Assembly (NCBI GenBank): GCA_951406725.2
Contig: OX597823.1
Coordinates: 91,698,001 to 91,762,000 of the forward strand
From: Octopus vulgaris
Lineage: Eukaryota
DNA length: 64,000 bases
Reading direction: 5' to 3'
Shown here one piece after another: positions 12,606 to 25,640 of this stretch. The notes below the pieces were generated by a model, which saw only the letters and a program-made list of their open reading frames with translations, had not been told where the DNA came from and did not search any database. The first letter of the stretch is position 1, and each line of letters opens with the position of its first letter. The translations under genes were made by a program, and so were the position numbers.

Positions 12606-13560
12606 ATAAAATTGTTGAGGGCTTAGAATATTTTCCTGATTTTCTCAACATGAAACCAATAGGATCCTTAATTCATAAGAAAGAAATTCGATACTTACGT
12701 GCGTATATTTATATATATATATATATATGCATATATATGCATACATACATACGTACATATACATACATCTATAAGTATATATATATATATATATTCATAC
12801 GTGGGTAGAGAACGTCATGAAACGTATTCAACAAAAAGAATTACGAAGTACGAATATATGGAATATGAACTATTTTTTCGATCAACGAAACACACAAATG
12901 GTAAACAAGACAAACAACATAAAGGACGACCCATCATCAGTTGTTGACTGTTTTTCTAATCTCGTATTTCGAGCATTTGACAATATACGCTTTCGATAAA
13001 CAATTGCTCCTGCAAAGCAAATTAAATATAATTTGGGATTTTGCGGAGGGTCAAAATTGTTAACACAAATAGGACAGTGAAAACAAACAGGAATGGCTGC
13101 TAAGCCTAAACGAGGCTGTGGTGGCGAACGCGTAAATCGATCTTGGACAGGAGTCAGACAAAACACGTCTTCGTTGTTCCATCTACAACGGAGAGAAAGA
13201 AAGAGAAGTTAGGAGAAGAAAGATGGCCGATGGTCAGGGGGGAGCCACGTTAGCAACAGAGGAGAAGGGAGGGAGAGAGAGTGACAGAGTAAGAGGATAG
13301 AATAGTGGGGGAAGAGGAGGTAAAAGAATAAGAGAGAGAAAGAGAGGAAAACGAAAAAGTAAAAAGTTCGTATAGATTGCGCATTAGAATATCTATCTAT
13401 CTGACTGTCTGTCTGTATGTCCATCATTCCGTCCGTCCATCCATCCATCCATCCATCGATCCATTGATTGATCAATCTATCTATCTATTTATATATCTAT
13501 CTGTCTGTCTGTCTGTCTGTATGTCCGTCCTTCCGTCCGTCCATCGATCCATCGATCCAT

Positions 13561-13664
<104 letters not shown>

Positions 13665-13687
13665 ATCTATCTATATATATATTCGTG

Positions 13688-13832
13688 AGGCTTCTTTCGG
13701 CTTCCACCTTCCAAATCTACTTACAAGGCAGGATTTGGTCGTCTCAGGCGCCCAAAATGCCACGCAGCGAGACTGAACCCGGAAACATGTGCTTGGGAGG
13801 CAAACTTCTTACCACACAGCCACGCCTGCGCC
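13688..13832 (-). mobile_element. SINE family A, 5' half
   Basis: ACCACACAGCCACGCCTGCGCC is the reverse complement of the family start. Confidence 0.85.
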
Positions 13833-13868
13833 AATATTATGATCATATTTGTAATGATCATCAGTGGT

Positions 13869-13901
<33 letters not shown>

Positions 13902-14389
13902 GTCGTCGTCATCATGAACATTGAAGAAACTGACGGTTACAAAAACAACAACAACAGCAACCAGAACAACCTCAATATACCAACGTCACTTACATGCGTA
14001 TTCCACTAATTGTATTTTCTTTCCATCGCTTTAATAAATTTTCAAAGAAAAACAAAATCTAAAAAGTAAACAACACACTAAAAACATAAATGAACACAAG
14101 AATAAAAAAAATAAGTAAACGATTTACTAGTAAAACAAAACGAAAAAACATTAAAATAAACATACAAAATTTAAAAGCTGTGAAAAGAATAACAAAAAAA
14201 TTAAGTACAAAGGAAATATCGGAAAATATTTTTGTTGTTTTTTATCTTCTTTTAAATTTTTTTTTTTTTTGCTTCAGTTTTTGTTTCGTTTTTGTGTTTT
14301 ATTGCATTCTGAAAATATTCGGGTTTATTTTTCTTGTGGAAACTAGTAATTAGTAAATAATTGTTTCTACAAACAATATATGTTGATTG

Positions 14390-14441
14390 ATGGCGATGAT
14401 GGCGATGATGATGATGATGATGACACTGATAATGATATTGT

Positions 14442-14477
<36 letters not shown>

Positions 14478-14503
14478 CATTGATGATGATATTGATGATG
14501 ATA

Positions 14504-14536
<33 letters not shown>

Positions 14537-15168
14537 ATGATGATGATGATGATGACGATGATGGTTGTTGTGATGGAGGTGGTGATTGCGTTGGTGGTGC
14601 TGAAAATTATGATGGTTTTTTGGTGATGATAATTGTGATGTTCGTGGTGTGACGATGACGGCGACGACGACGACGATGATGATGGCGAGGAAAATGATGA
14701 CGATGGTAATGACGATGATAGTGGTGATGATGATGATGTCAATGATGAAAATGATGGTGATGCTGGCGGGGAAGACGATGAAGAGGACGGTGATGACGAT
14801 GACGATGATGATGACGATGATGATGATGATGATAATGTAACCACTGTTGCCGCTGACGAAAGTAACAATGACAACAGCAATGACGTTTTGTTTTAGTGAT
14901 GACGCTAACGATGTTGAAGTGCTTTCCACATCGCTGTTGCTACTGCTGCCGCTGCTGACTCTGATGGTTGTGGAGGTGATGATGATGATGATGATGATGA
15001 TGATAATGATGATGATAATGATGCTGTGCGCAGTTAACAAAGATGTTAATAAGATGAAGAATCACATGTAAAACGGTATTGATGCTGATGTAATATAATT
15101 GCGGCAGCAATTCGCGATTTCTTACGTTCTTCTTAAGAAATAATAATAACAACAACAATAACAACAAC

Positions 15169-15264
<96 letters not shown>

Positions 15265-15661
15265 TTTGTCAATGAAAGCAGCAATTGTTATTATTGTCAT
15301 CATCACCATCATCATCATCATCATCTTATCATTATTTATATTATTATTGTTATTATCATCATCATCATCATCATTATTGTTATTATTATTATTATTATTA
15401 TTATTAGTATCATTATTGCTATTGTTATTATCAAAGAATGGATATAAATCACATTTTTCAGCAATAACAACCGTTATAGTGGAAACTAAAGAGCAAAATA
15501 CACCACAATGTCACACCTCCCACCAACCACCAGCACCAGCACCAGCACCACCACCACTACCACCACCACCATCACCACCACCACCATCGCCGCCGCCCCC
15601 ATCACCGCTACCACCCACCACACACCATCCAACCACCACCAAAAACAACCTACCAACAATG

Positions 15662-15713
<52 letters not shown>

Positions 15714-15730
15714 TTAACAACAATAATAGA
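14390..15730. repeat. Long compound triplet repeat field (GAT/TAA/TTA/CAT/CAC)
   Basis: Direct reading; accounts for the poly-D/M/I/P/N ORFs. Confidence 0.95.
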
Positions 15731-15915
15731 AACAATAGTAAAAACATAAACAACCGTAGTAAATATAAAATATGGAAGCTGTAGCTATGAGAATACCACC
15801 CACCGTACTCATGAAAAACCGTATTATTGATGATTTCTTTGTTGTTGTTGATGTTATTGTTTTGTTTTTCATGACAGTTGTGTTGTGTTTTTGCTGAGTT
15901 TACCATTTATTTGTG

Positions 15916-15982
<67 letters not shown>

Positions 15983-16025
15983 GTGTATATATATGTATAT
16001 ATATGTATATATATATATATATACT

Positions 16026-16137
<112 letters not shown>

Positions 16138-16480
16138 GCTGTAGGTACAGTGAGAAAATTATAGCTGCAAACCCATTAAATCTTCATTTAATTATTTCCG
16201 ATAACTTTCGTCTTCTCCTTCGCCATCCCCACCCGCGCCCCTTCCACAGCCCATCTTCCCACTTCACCTCCTCCATCTATGTCTCTTCCACTCGTATCTC
16301 CTACTCACCGTCTTCAACCCCGCCACCGCCATCCACCGTTCACTCACTCACTCCTCCAAATATCTAAACTCTTATTAAATTGTCATTTCTGCTTTCATAT
16401 CTGCGATAGGCAATATGTATCACAATGTTCTGCGTGTTTGAATACCTGAGTGATACACACACAAAACACACACACGCGCG

Positions 16481-16524
<44 letters not shown>

Positions 16525-16803
16525 CATAAAAACACACATATACATACACATATAGCTATAACTATATCCTCAATATAAAAATGCATACATATGCATAATG
16601 TGTGTGTGTTTGGTGTTGCAAGCAGGAAAAATAAAACTAAAAAACTGAGTGTATATTCTTCTTCTTCATATTTCGCAGAAGCAACAGAGTGACACAAAGG
16701 ATGAGAGTTTCATGTGTCAGCACATACGTTTGAGAAGTATAAACCCACGGAACTCTCAGCCCTTCAGTCACTCTGTCGTTTATGCTAAATATCAGCAATA
16801 TCT

Positions 16804-17588
<785 letters not shown>

Positions 17589-17893
17589 ATGACAGATGTA
17601 AATAGACATACCATAAAACATTTTATATTTCTAATTGGAAAGCTGAATTCGACTTTTTCTTATCTCTTTCAGGGGTCGTTAAGTACGAATCAAGTCCAGC
17701 ACTAATATCGATGTGATCGTTCGGCAACGTCACCGCCGAAATTGCTGTCAGACTAGGTATTCTCATCGTCTTGACTTTGGATTGGTCTTGCTCCTGGTAG
17801 ATTTTATGTAGGTAGCAGCTTGCTACCTGTACGCTAAGATAGCATTCTGTTCTCAACAAACCATCAAATGCTTAAAACCCTTCTAGTGGGCGA

Positions 17894-17960
<67 letters not shown>

Positions 17961-17969
17961 ACTATTATT

Positions 17970-18092
17970 ATTATTATTCAGGTCACTGCCTGGAATCGAA
18001 CTCGGAATCTTGGGTTTAGTAGTCCACGCTCTTAACCACTACGCCCTATGCCCACGGGCATATGGTGTAGTGGTTAAGACCTGAATAATAAT
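17970..18092 (-). mobile_element. tRNA-like head of family H2 with fold-back duplication
   Basis: Minus strand GGGCATAGGGCGTAGTGGTTAAGAGCGTGGACTACTAA...GAGTTCGATTCC; inverted copy at 18056-18092. Confidence 0.75.
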
Positions 18093-18210
18093 ATATTGAC
18101 TGAGTAAAATAATTTAATATTGGGGCAATATTTCGACGGAAAAAGTGGGTTTACCCAACGCATGAGACTTGAACTCACTCCTCTATATATTCGCGATAAC
18201 CTTGTTACTA

Positions 18211-18357
18211 CATTATTTACATTACTTACATTGACGGATATTTGTCCTCATCTTGTTTGTTGTTAAAACAACATTTAGGCTGATATACCCTCCAGCCTTC
18301 ATCAGGTGTCTTGGGGAAATTTCGAACCTGGGTTCTCATTCCTAAGGTATTTTTGGA

Positions 18358-18426
<69 letters not shown>

Positions 18427-18478
18427 GTTTTTTCTTTCTTTCTTCAAATTTTCTTCCGTTTCTCGCCGAGTGTTTTTC

Positions 18479-18561
<83 letters not shown>

Positions 18562-18668
18562 TAATTGCTTGGAATCAAACTCGGAATCTTGGAGTTAGTT
18601 GCCCGCGGTCTTAACCACTACACCATATGCCCGAGGGCACAATTCCTCATCTCTTAAATATAGAACTG
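18211..18668 (-). mobile_element. Family H2 element: tRNA-like head + (TAA)n + hammerhead motif (18265-18310) + tail
   Basis: A box TGGTGTAGTGG and B box GAGTTTGATTCC at 18559-18632; GACAC-CTGATGA-A-GGCTG..CAGCC-TAAA-TGTT; imperfect 13-bp flanking duplication at 18198-18210 and 18669-18681. Confidence 0.75.
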
Positions 18669-19386
18669 AACTCTGCTACTATTCCACCAACGTACCCACT
18701 TGCTTCATCCTGTTCCATTTAAGAAGCGTTGTTTTTTTAACCGATAAGTTACGGGGATGTAACCGATAAGTTACGGGGATGTAAACACACCAATATCGAT
18801 TGTCAAGCAATGGTGGGGGTACAAACATGTGTGTTTTCTGCGATTATTTGAGAAGCAATGGCGAGTGATAATTCTGTAAATGATAATACTATTTTATAAG
18901 CTTAAGGCAATGACTAAAGAAAATATTCTAATATTGGCACTAATGAAATTATTTTTTAAATCTAAAGGGAAGCCGCAAATGGATACGTTCGTGCACTCGT
19001 AGCACACTTATCGCGAATATATGAAGTTGCGGTTTCGAGTCCTACGCGTACAGAAAACCCATTTTTCTGTCGTGGACTCATATGACTAAATATTACACTG
19101 GTTTCTTGAGTCAATACACGCTGATCGCTTATAAGATTTAAGCTTACAAAATATTTACAGAATTATCACTCGTCATTGAGTCTCAAATCACCGCAGAAAA
19201 CGCATATATATATAGTGTTAATGTTATTTTTATATCTGGTTGTAATAAAAACAATTTTGCATTAGGTTGAGGTATTTGTCTATAATTTTGTATAGACTCC
19301 GACGATGACTCAGCTGGGCGAAACTTGGATGTCCTGTCAACAGTATTCTCGTTTAAGAATAATGTGTGTAAGTGTATATATATGTA

Positions 19387-19457
<71 letters not shown>

Positions 19458-19698
19458 TGTTGTGTCTAAGGAGAATCATTTTCTTTTTGTGCCGTATAAT
19501 TTAACACACTCACCGGTAAAATTTCCACTTATTTATTATTTTTTTTTATGAAAAAAAATAAGAAATAAGTGGAAATTTTACCGGTGAGTGTGATGTTATA
19601 AGGCACAAAAAGAAAATGACTCTCCGCAGACACAACAGATTATGCTTCAACACCACGAACTCACATAAAGAATCTTGCAAACCAAATTCCAAAACGAA

Positions 19699-19730
<32 letters not shown>

Positions 19731-20264
19731 GTATACACACATACCACACAAACAACACACACACATACGCATATATACATATAAATACATACATACATAT
19801 ATATATATATAGATATAAATATTTAGTATATAAGCACACAAGCCTCTCTGCTCTTAATTATATTTCTAATTTATACTATTATATAATTCTGTATATGATC
19901 TTACCTAAATAGGTCTATTTTATACGCTGGCCACTGATAGCATTTTTAATGATTTTATTCTTTAATTATATGTGTGTGTGTGTGTGTGTGTGTGTAATTA
20001 GAAGGTAATGTAATAAAACATAACGGGGAATATATTATGAACAATTAATATCAATGGCCAAATGTGTTATCATAAAATACATAGAAGGATATTCCTAATT
20101 ATCAACAAGTCACATTTATAACTGGCTGCTATTTTTACATGCTAAAAATAGCAGCCAAAATCTCTATAAAGCCATTTTATCACTCATATTATTTGTCTTC
20201 ACGATAAAAATTGTCTGCAGGTGACATGACAAATAGAATCCACAACTTGAAAATAACTGGTTGA

Positions 20265-20326
20265 TTCCCTGTTGCAATTTCGACGTTAGGGACCTCTTAA
20301 GGGATCCATTCGTCTCGTCAGGGGAA
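20265..20326 (-). ncRNA. Type I hammerhead ribozyme motif with a single core substitution
   Basis: TTCCC-CTGACGA-GACG-(stem-loop)-CGTC-GAAA-TTGCAA-CA-GGGAA; helix I 5 bp, helix II 4+ bp, palindromic helix III region, U16.1 replaced by C. Confidence 0.75.
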
Positions 20327-20709
20327 ATATTCCTAGAGACAGAAATCAAAACAAAACTTTACCTTGGGGATAACACGAATCCCAAACGGCAATAGAAATG
20401 TTTCAAGCTCTGTCTACACCTTCAAGTTTTGAATTCAAATGCCATGCACAGCGTTTATGTGAAAAGAGCGGTAAATTCGAACCACGGCAAGATCAACGGA
20501 TATGAATTATTAGAAATAATTAGAAAGTAATGTAATAAAACATTACGGTGGATATATTATCAATAATTAAGATTATTTATGAATATATCATAAAAAACAT
20601 AGAACAAGAGTGTTTATAATTATGAACAAGTCACAATTAGAACTAAGAGGGTTTCTAAAACCCTTACGTGATTAGAAATAGCAGTCAAAACTTGTTCATA
20701 ATTACAAAC

Positions 20710-20825
20710 GTTCTTCTTCTTCTTCTTCTTCTTCTTCTTCTTCTTCTTCTTCTTCTTCTTCTTCTTCTTCTTCTTCTTCTTCTTCTTCTTCTTCTTCTTC
20801 TTCTCCTCCTCCTCCTCCTCCTCCT
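20710..20825. repeat. (CTT)n then (CCT)n microsatellite
   Basis: Direct reading. Confidence 0.95.
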
Positions 20826-20844
20826 CATCCACCACCTCCTCTCC

Positions 20845-20882
<38 letters not shown>

Positions 20883-20929
20883 TATTGAGTGCGTGTGTGC
20901 GTGTGTGCGTACATGTGTATGTTACTGCC

Positions 20930-21160
20930 TTGCTTTGACATCACGTGATAGTTGCAAGCGAGTGTCATCGCCTGCAAGTGGTGTCACTCATTTCGAATCT
21001 TCTGTGAAAGCATGTCTACCCATGAAGGAATGTTACCTTACCTGGAAACGGGGGCGTGATAACAAGAAGGGCATCCGGCCGTAGAGAATTCACCAAAACC
21101 AATTCCGTCTGATCCATGCAAACATGGAAATGTGGACGTTAAAACGATGGTGATGATGAT
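20930..21160 (+). mobile_element. SINE family C, 3' part ending in (GAT)n (RTE-type tail)
   Basis: AAGGGCATCCGGCCGTAGA...GGACGTTAAAACGATGGTGATGATGAT; homologous to the minus-strand copy at 52330. Confidence 0.7.
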
Positions 21161-21561
21161 CCGTACTTTTATATTCCCACAGCCTCAATTTCTAACGTGT
21201 TACTTTTTTTTTGCTCATGATTTCAAGATATTCTGTGAGAGAGATTTGGTTGTTATTTCTAGCTGGTTGGGTTGCTATGTAGGTATTCTTGCTTTGGCGC
21301 CAGAACATAGAGTATATGCCATTCTTTCGTTTGAAGATTCCATCCGGGCAAAGGAACGAAACAAATTTTAAATCGATATTTGGTTCATTAAAGAAATCTG
21401 TCTTACCTCTCTCTCTCTCTCTCTTTGTCTCTGTCCTGTCATTTCTCTTTCTCTCTCTCTCTCTCTCTGACTGTCTCTCTGTCTATTCACATACACATAT
21501 ACACTCACACGGGCTCAAGCATACATCCACACACACACTTGCAAACACACACACACATGGA

Positions 21562-21628
<67 letters not shown>

Positions 21629-21758
21629 ATATATATATATCTGTCTGTCTGCCTGTCTGTCTGTCTGTCTATCTGTATATATATATGTGTGTGTGTATGT
21701 GTGTGTGTGCCTGTGTATGTGTGCCTGTGTATGTGTGCCTGTGTATGTGTGTAGGAGT

Positions 21759-21805
<47 letters not shown>

Positions 21806-21931
21806 AGTATGTATGTATCTATCATTGTATGTATGTCACTAATTTCCGTTCCCCTCTCACCTGTGTGTGTGTATATATATATATATACATATATATATAT
21901 GTGTGTATATATATGTATATATATATATATG

Positions 21932-21963
<32 letters not shown>

Positions 21964-22108
21964 TACGTATATATATATATATATGTATATCTATACATAC
22001 ATATATATATACGTATATATGCATATATATGTAAAAATGTGTATATTGAATATGTGTATTTACATACACACACACATATATGCATGTGTATATGTATGTA
22101 TGTGTATG

Positions 22109-22148
<40 letters not shown>

Positions 22149-22833
22149 TGTATATATAAATATCTATGTGCGTATATATGTGTGTGTGTGTGTATCTTTC
22201 GCTGCTCCCTCTTGTTGCATTCTTAACGGGTTTACGGGTTTACTGTGTAAGTTGATGGATCAGGTTTGCGAAGTATTCGAGTTTTAGCCGATAATTGCAG
22301 TTGGCCAAAATTGATAAGGTGTCAGCATCATGCATGACGAGTTAACAGGGTGTGTGTGTATGTGTGTGTTGGTGTGTTTACAACAAGTAACGTGTTGTTG
22401 TTCTATTGATGTTGTTGATATTGTTGTTGTCTTCATCGTCGTCGTCGTTGTTGTTGTTGTTGTTTATCTTGAGGTGAAATCCTGAGGAAAGAGAAACATA
22501 ATAACGCCTTCCAAACACACACATATATACGCACATCTCAAATATTTCGCATTCTATACTATTGTCACCTCGCTCTAAGAAAGATCCTTATGTTGCTAAA
22601 GCTTTACTATTAAATGCTGGATAGATTCTTGGTTTACAGGTCTTCGTTTTGCTCTTCTACCCCATGGAAATGTTATCCGTGATAGTCTGGTGTCTTATCC
22701 CAGATGTTGTGTATCTCTCCTTTTCTTGCTGTCTTTAAAAGCGATGAAAACTTCTGAAACAGTGGATTGCAGAGTTTCAAACATCGACGAATGCTTCAAA
22801 TCTAAAAGGAATATATTATTACTGTTCCTTTCT

Positions 22834-23345
22834 GAAGGCAGCGAGCTGCCAGAATCGTTGGCACGCTGGGTGAAATGCCTAGCGGTATTTCGTCTGCCGT
22901 TACGTTCTGAGTTCAAATTCCGCCAAGGTCGACTTTGCCTTCCATCCTTTCGGAGTCGATTAAATAAGTACTAGTTACGCACTGGGGTCGATATAATCGA
23001 CTTAATCCGTCTGTCTGTCCTTGTTTGTCTCCTCTGTGTTTAGCCCCTTGTGGGTAGTAAAGAAATAGGTATTTTGTTTGCCGTTACGTTCTGAGTTCAA
23101 ATTCCGCCGAAGTCGACTTTGCCTTTCCTCATTTCGGCGTCGATAAATTAAGTACCAGTTACGCACTGAGGTCGATGTAATCGACTAAATCCGTTTTCTG
23201 TCCCTGTTTGTCCCCTCTATGTTTAGCCCCTTGTGGGTAGTAAAGAAATAAGAAACGTTAGTACCCCGGGCGAAATGCTTAGCGTTATTTCCTCTGTCTT
23301 TACGTTCGGAGTTCAAATTCCGCCGAGGTCGATTTTGCCTTTCAT
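22834..23345 (+). mobile_element. SINE family B, head-to-tail trimer
   Basis: Three units each containing TTACGTTC(T/G)GAGTTCAAATTCCGCC(G/A)A(G/A)GTCGA. Confidence 0.92.
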
Positions 23346-23844
23346 CTGGTGAATACTAGTAATGCATCAATATTTGATTGGAAATTAGTAAGTTTTAGCC
23401 TTAAATGTCTGCAGTCTTCCAGATTCAGTACCCTTAATATTCAAGATTGTCTCAAGTATTTATCGACCACTTTACCACATAGAGCAGCTCCCCACACAAG
23501 AGGTCCGTATAGATCAGTTTGCCGACCATTGGCTCCTCCAGGTTTTTGCGCTCTGACCCCAGATCCAGCCATGCTCTACAAGGGTGTCAATCCCAATCCG
23601 TAATTCTCTAGGATAATAATATTTTAACAGTATTTAAATTGAAGATCAAAATATAGACCGAATATATGTTCCTGTCAATAAATTAGTAAACCACTTTTAA
23701 AGAGGTGACTTGTATCTGCGCTAGCTCTTTGTTATAAATTGAATGTCAGCAGCTGAACGTAAGCACCTCCCTTTAAGTACAATTTTGAAAAGCTGATGAA
23801 ATTATAAAAAATTAGAAAGTCCTGTGGACATAATTGTGTCAAGT

Positions 23845-24065
23845 CCTGGGACTCACATAGCCCGGTTATCTAGCTCCCATGGCATAAGTGACCGAGATCA
23901 CAACACCCTTCAAAACGGGACGCCATTCTATCGGAGTGTTACTTATTTACAGCCGAGTGAACTGAGGCAACAACGTGAAATGAAGTGTCTGGCATCGCCT
24001 GGTTCGGAAATCGAACCACGATCTTGCGATTGTAAGTGCAACACCGTTAAACACTCGGCCATGAA
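23845..24065 (-). mobile_element. tRNA-derived SINE (family D)
   Basis: Minus strand TGGCCGAGTGTTTAACGG...GGTTCGATTTCC (A and B boxes); similar to 60240-60475. Confidence 0.6.
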
Positions 24066-25170
24066 GCTTTACCAAATTGCAAGCTTCAAACTTGAATTAT
24101 AGACTTGCTCATTTAAACTAACATCAGGCCATAAGTTCAAACTACTTGCATTTGAGCTGAGAATATTTAAGCCACATAAACTGAAGATAGACCATCTCAA
24201 TACGATTCGGAAGAGAAATAGTATTTTGTTTACTAGTGAATCGATAGACAGGAAATTTTAGTGTATGACTTCAGTATTTCTTGAAGCGCTGATTGTAATG
24301 AAATATTTATCTTTGTTTAAGATTTGTTGCTCAAAATAATTTAATCTTCTCTATGAAGCATTAAAATATCTTCATTTGAATATTCTCTTGATTAAAGGAA
24401 AAGAAAAAAAGAGACCTCTGATATCTCTATATTTAAGATCCGTATTTATTAGTACAGAGTGAATGCTTTTTTCTGAAGAGCAAATTCTTTGATCTTTCGA
24501 CAAAACAGCGTGGGAGGTAAACTATAACTAAAAAAAAGAGGGAGAAAAAGAACAACTTATTCCGTCGATGGTTTGTGCGAACATAAATAGATTTGAAGGA
24601 ATATTAGAAAACAAAAACAAAAGCAAACTGCAAAACACCCAAAAATCTGTATGCGACTTGGTTTCAAATTTTTAACACGATTTCATTTATTGCGAGTATT
24701 CACAGACAATGTCCGGTTCTCTCACAGACGAACGATTTTATTTTCTTCTTTTTCAAGCATTGACCAAGCAAATTTTGAGGTGAGACATCAGTAGTATCAA
24801 TCTATAAACACTTCATCAGTAACGTTAACTATTTGGAAAAGAATGGTGTACATGAATAAATGAATAACGAAATCAGTAGAAGCTCTATGGTACTTCAAGC
24901 TGTACGTCACTTATGTGTGAGCTGGTCGTATGAGGAGGAATAGGAGGAGGAGGAGGAAAAGAGAGGAGGTGAGAATTTCTTTGAATATAAGTGGACGCCT
25001 ACAGGAAATGAAACTATTGTAGAGAGTTTATTTCAGAGAATCACTCGGGAGAAGTAGCTGAGCATATTCTATAAACGGGGCTGTTATATTTGTGGCACAT
25101 AAGATATTCTAGATTCAGGCTAAAGTTTATTAATGGTAAAAACCCAGTACACACAACGCACACAATATAT

Positions 25171-25227
<57 letters not shown>

Positions 25228-25323
25228 CATACATACATACATACACGACAAGAGATAATTTTTGCCTCTTTTTATGGAAACAAAAGGGTTTATAGGACTA
25301 CTAAAAAGAAGTGCTCAAATGAA

Positions 25324-25400
<77 letters not shown>

Positions 25401-25517
25401 CGGATTTTGAACAGTAAGAACAAGTGTATTGGTGGATAAATATTATTTTTGTTGGTTAACAAGGCAACCAACGGTTTCATGCGAAGAAATTTGCACAATT
25501 GTTCAATCGTGTGTGTA

Positions 25518-25548
<31 letters not shown>

Positions 25549-25573
25549 TGCACACACGCACACACACGCACAC

Positions 25574-25640
<67 letters not shown>

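Noticed and set aside
14252-15906. Long ORFs (up to 262 aa) of poly-I/H/S/D/P/N
   Set aside because: Stop-free read-through of triplet microsatellites, open in several frames on both strands; no domain.
17979-18053. Possible tRNA-Ser gene
   Set aside because: No acceptor-stem pairing or long variable arm; repeated as the head of a mobile element.
21289-22287. 332-aa ORF, the longest in the track
   Set aside because: Made of (CT)n, (TCTA)n, (TG)n and (TA)n translations (YIYI, LSIY, CVCV).
22834-23345. Regularly spaced repeats suggestive of a CRISPR array
   Set aside because: The intervening sequences are homologous to each other; this is a eukaryotic SINE multimer with no cas genes.
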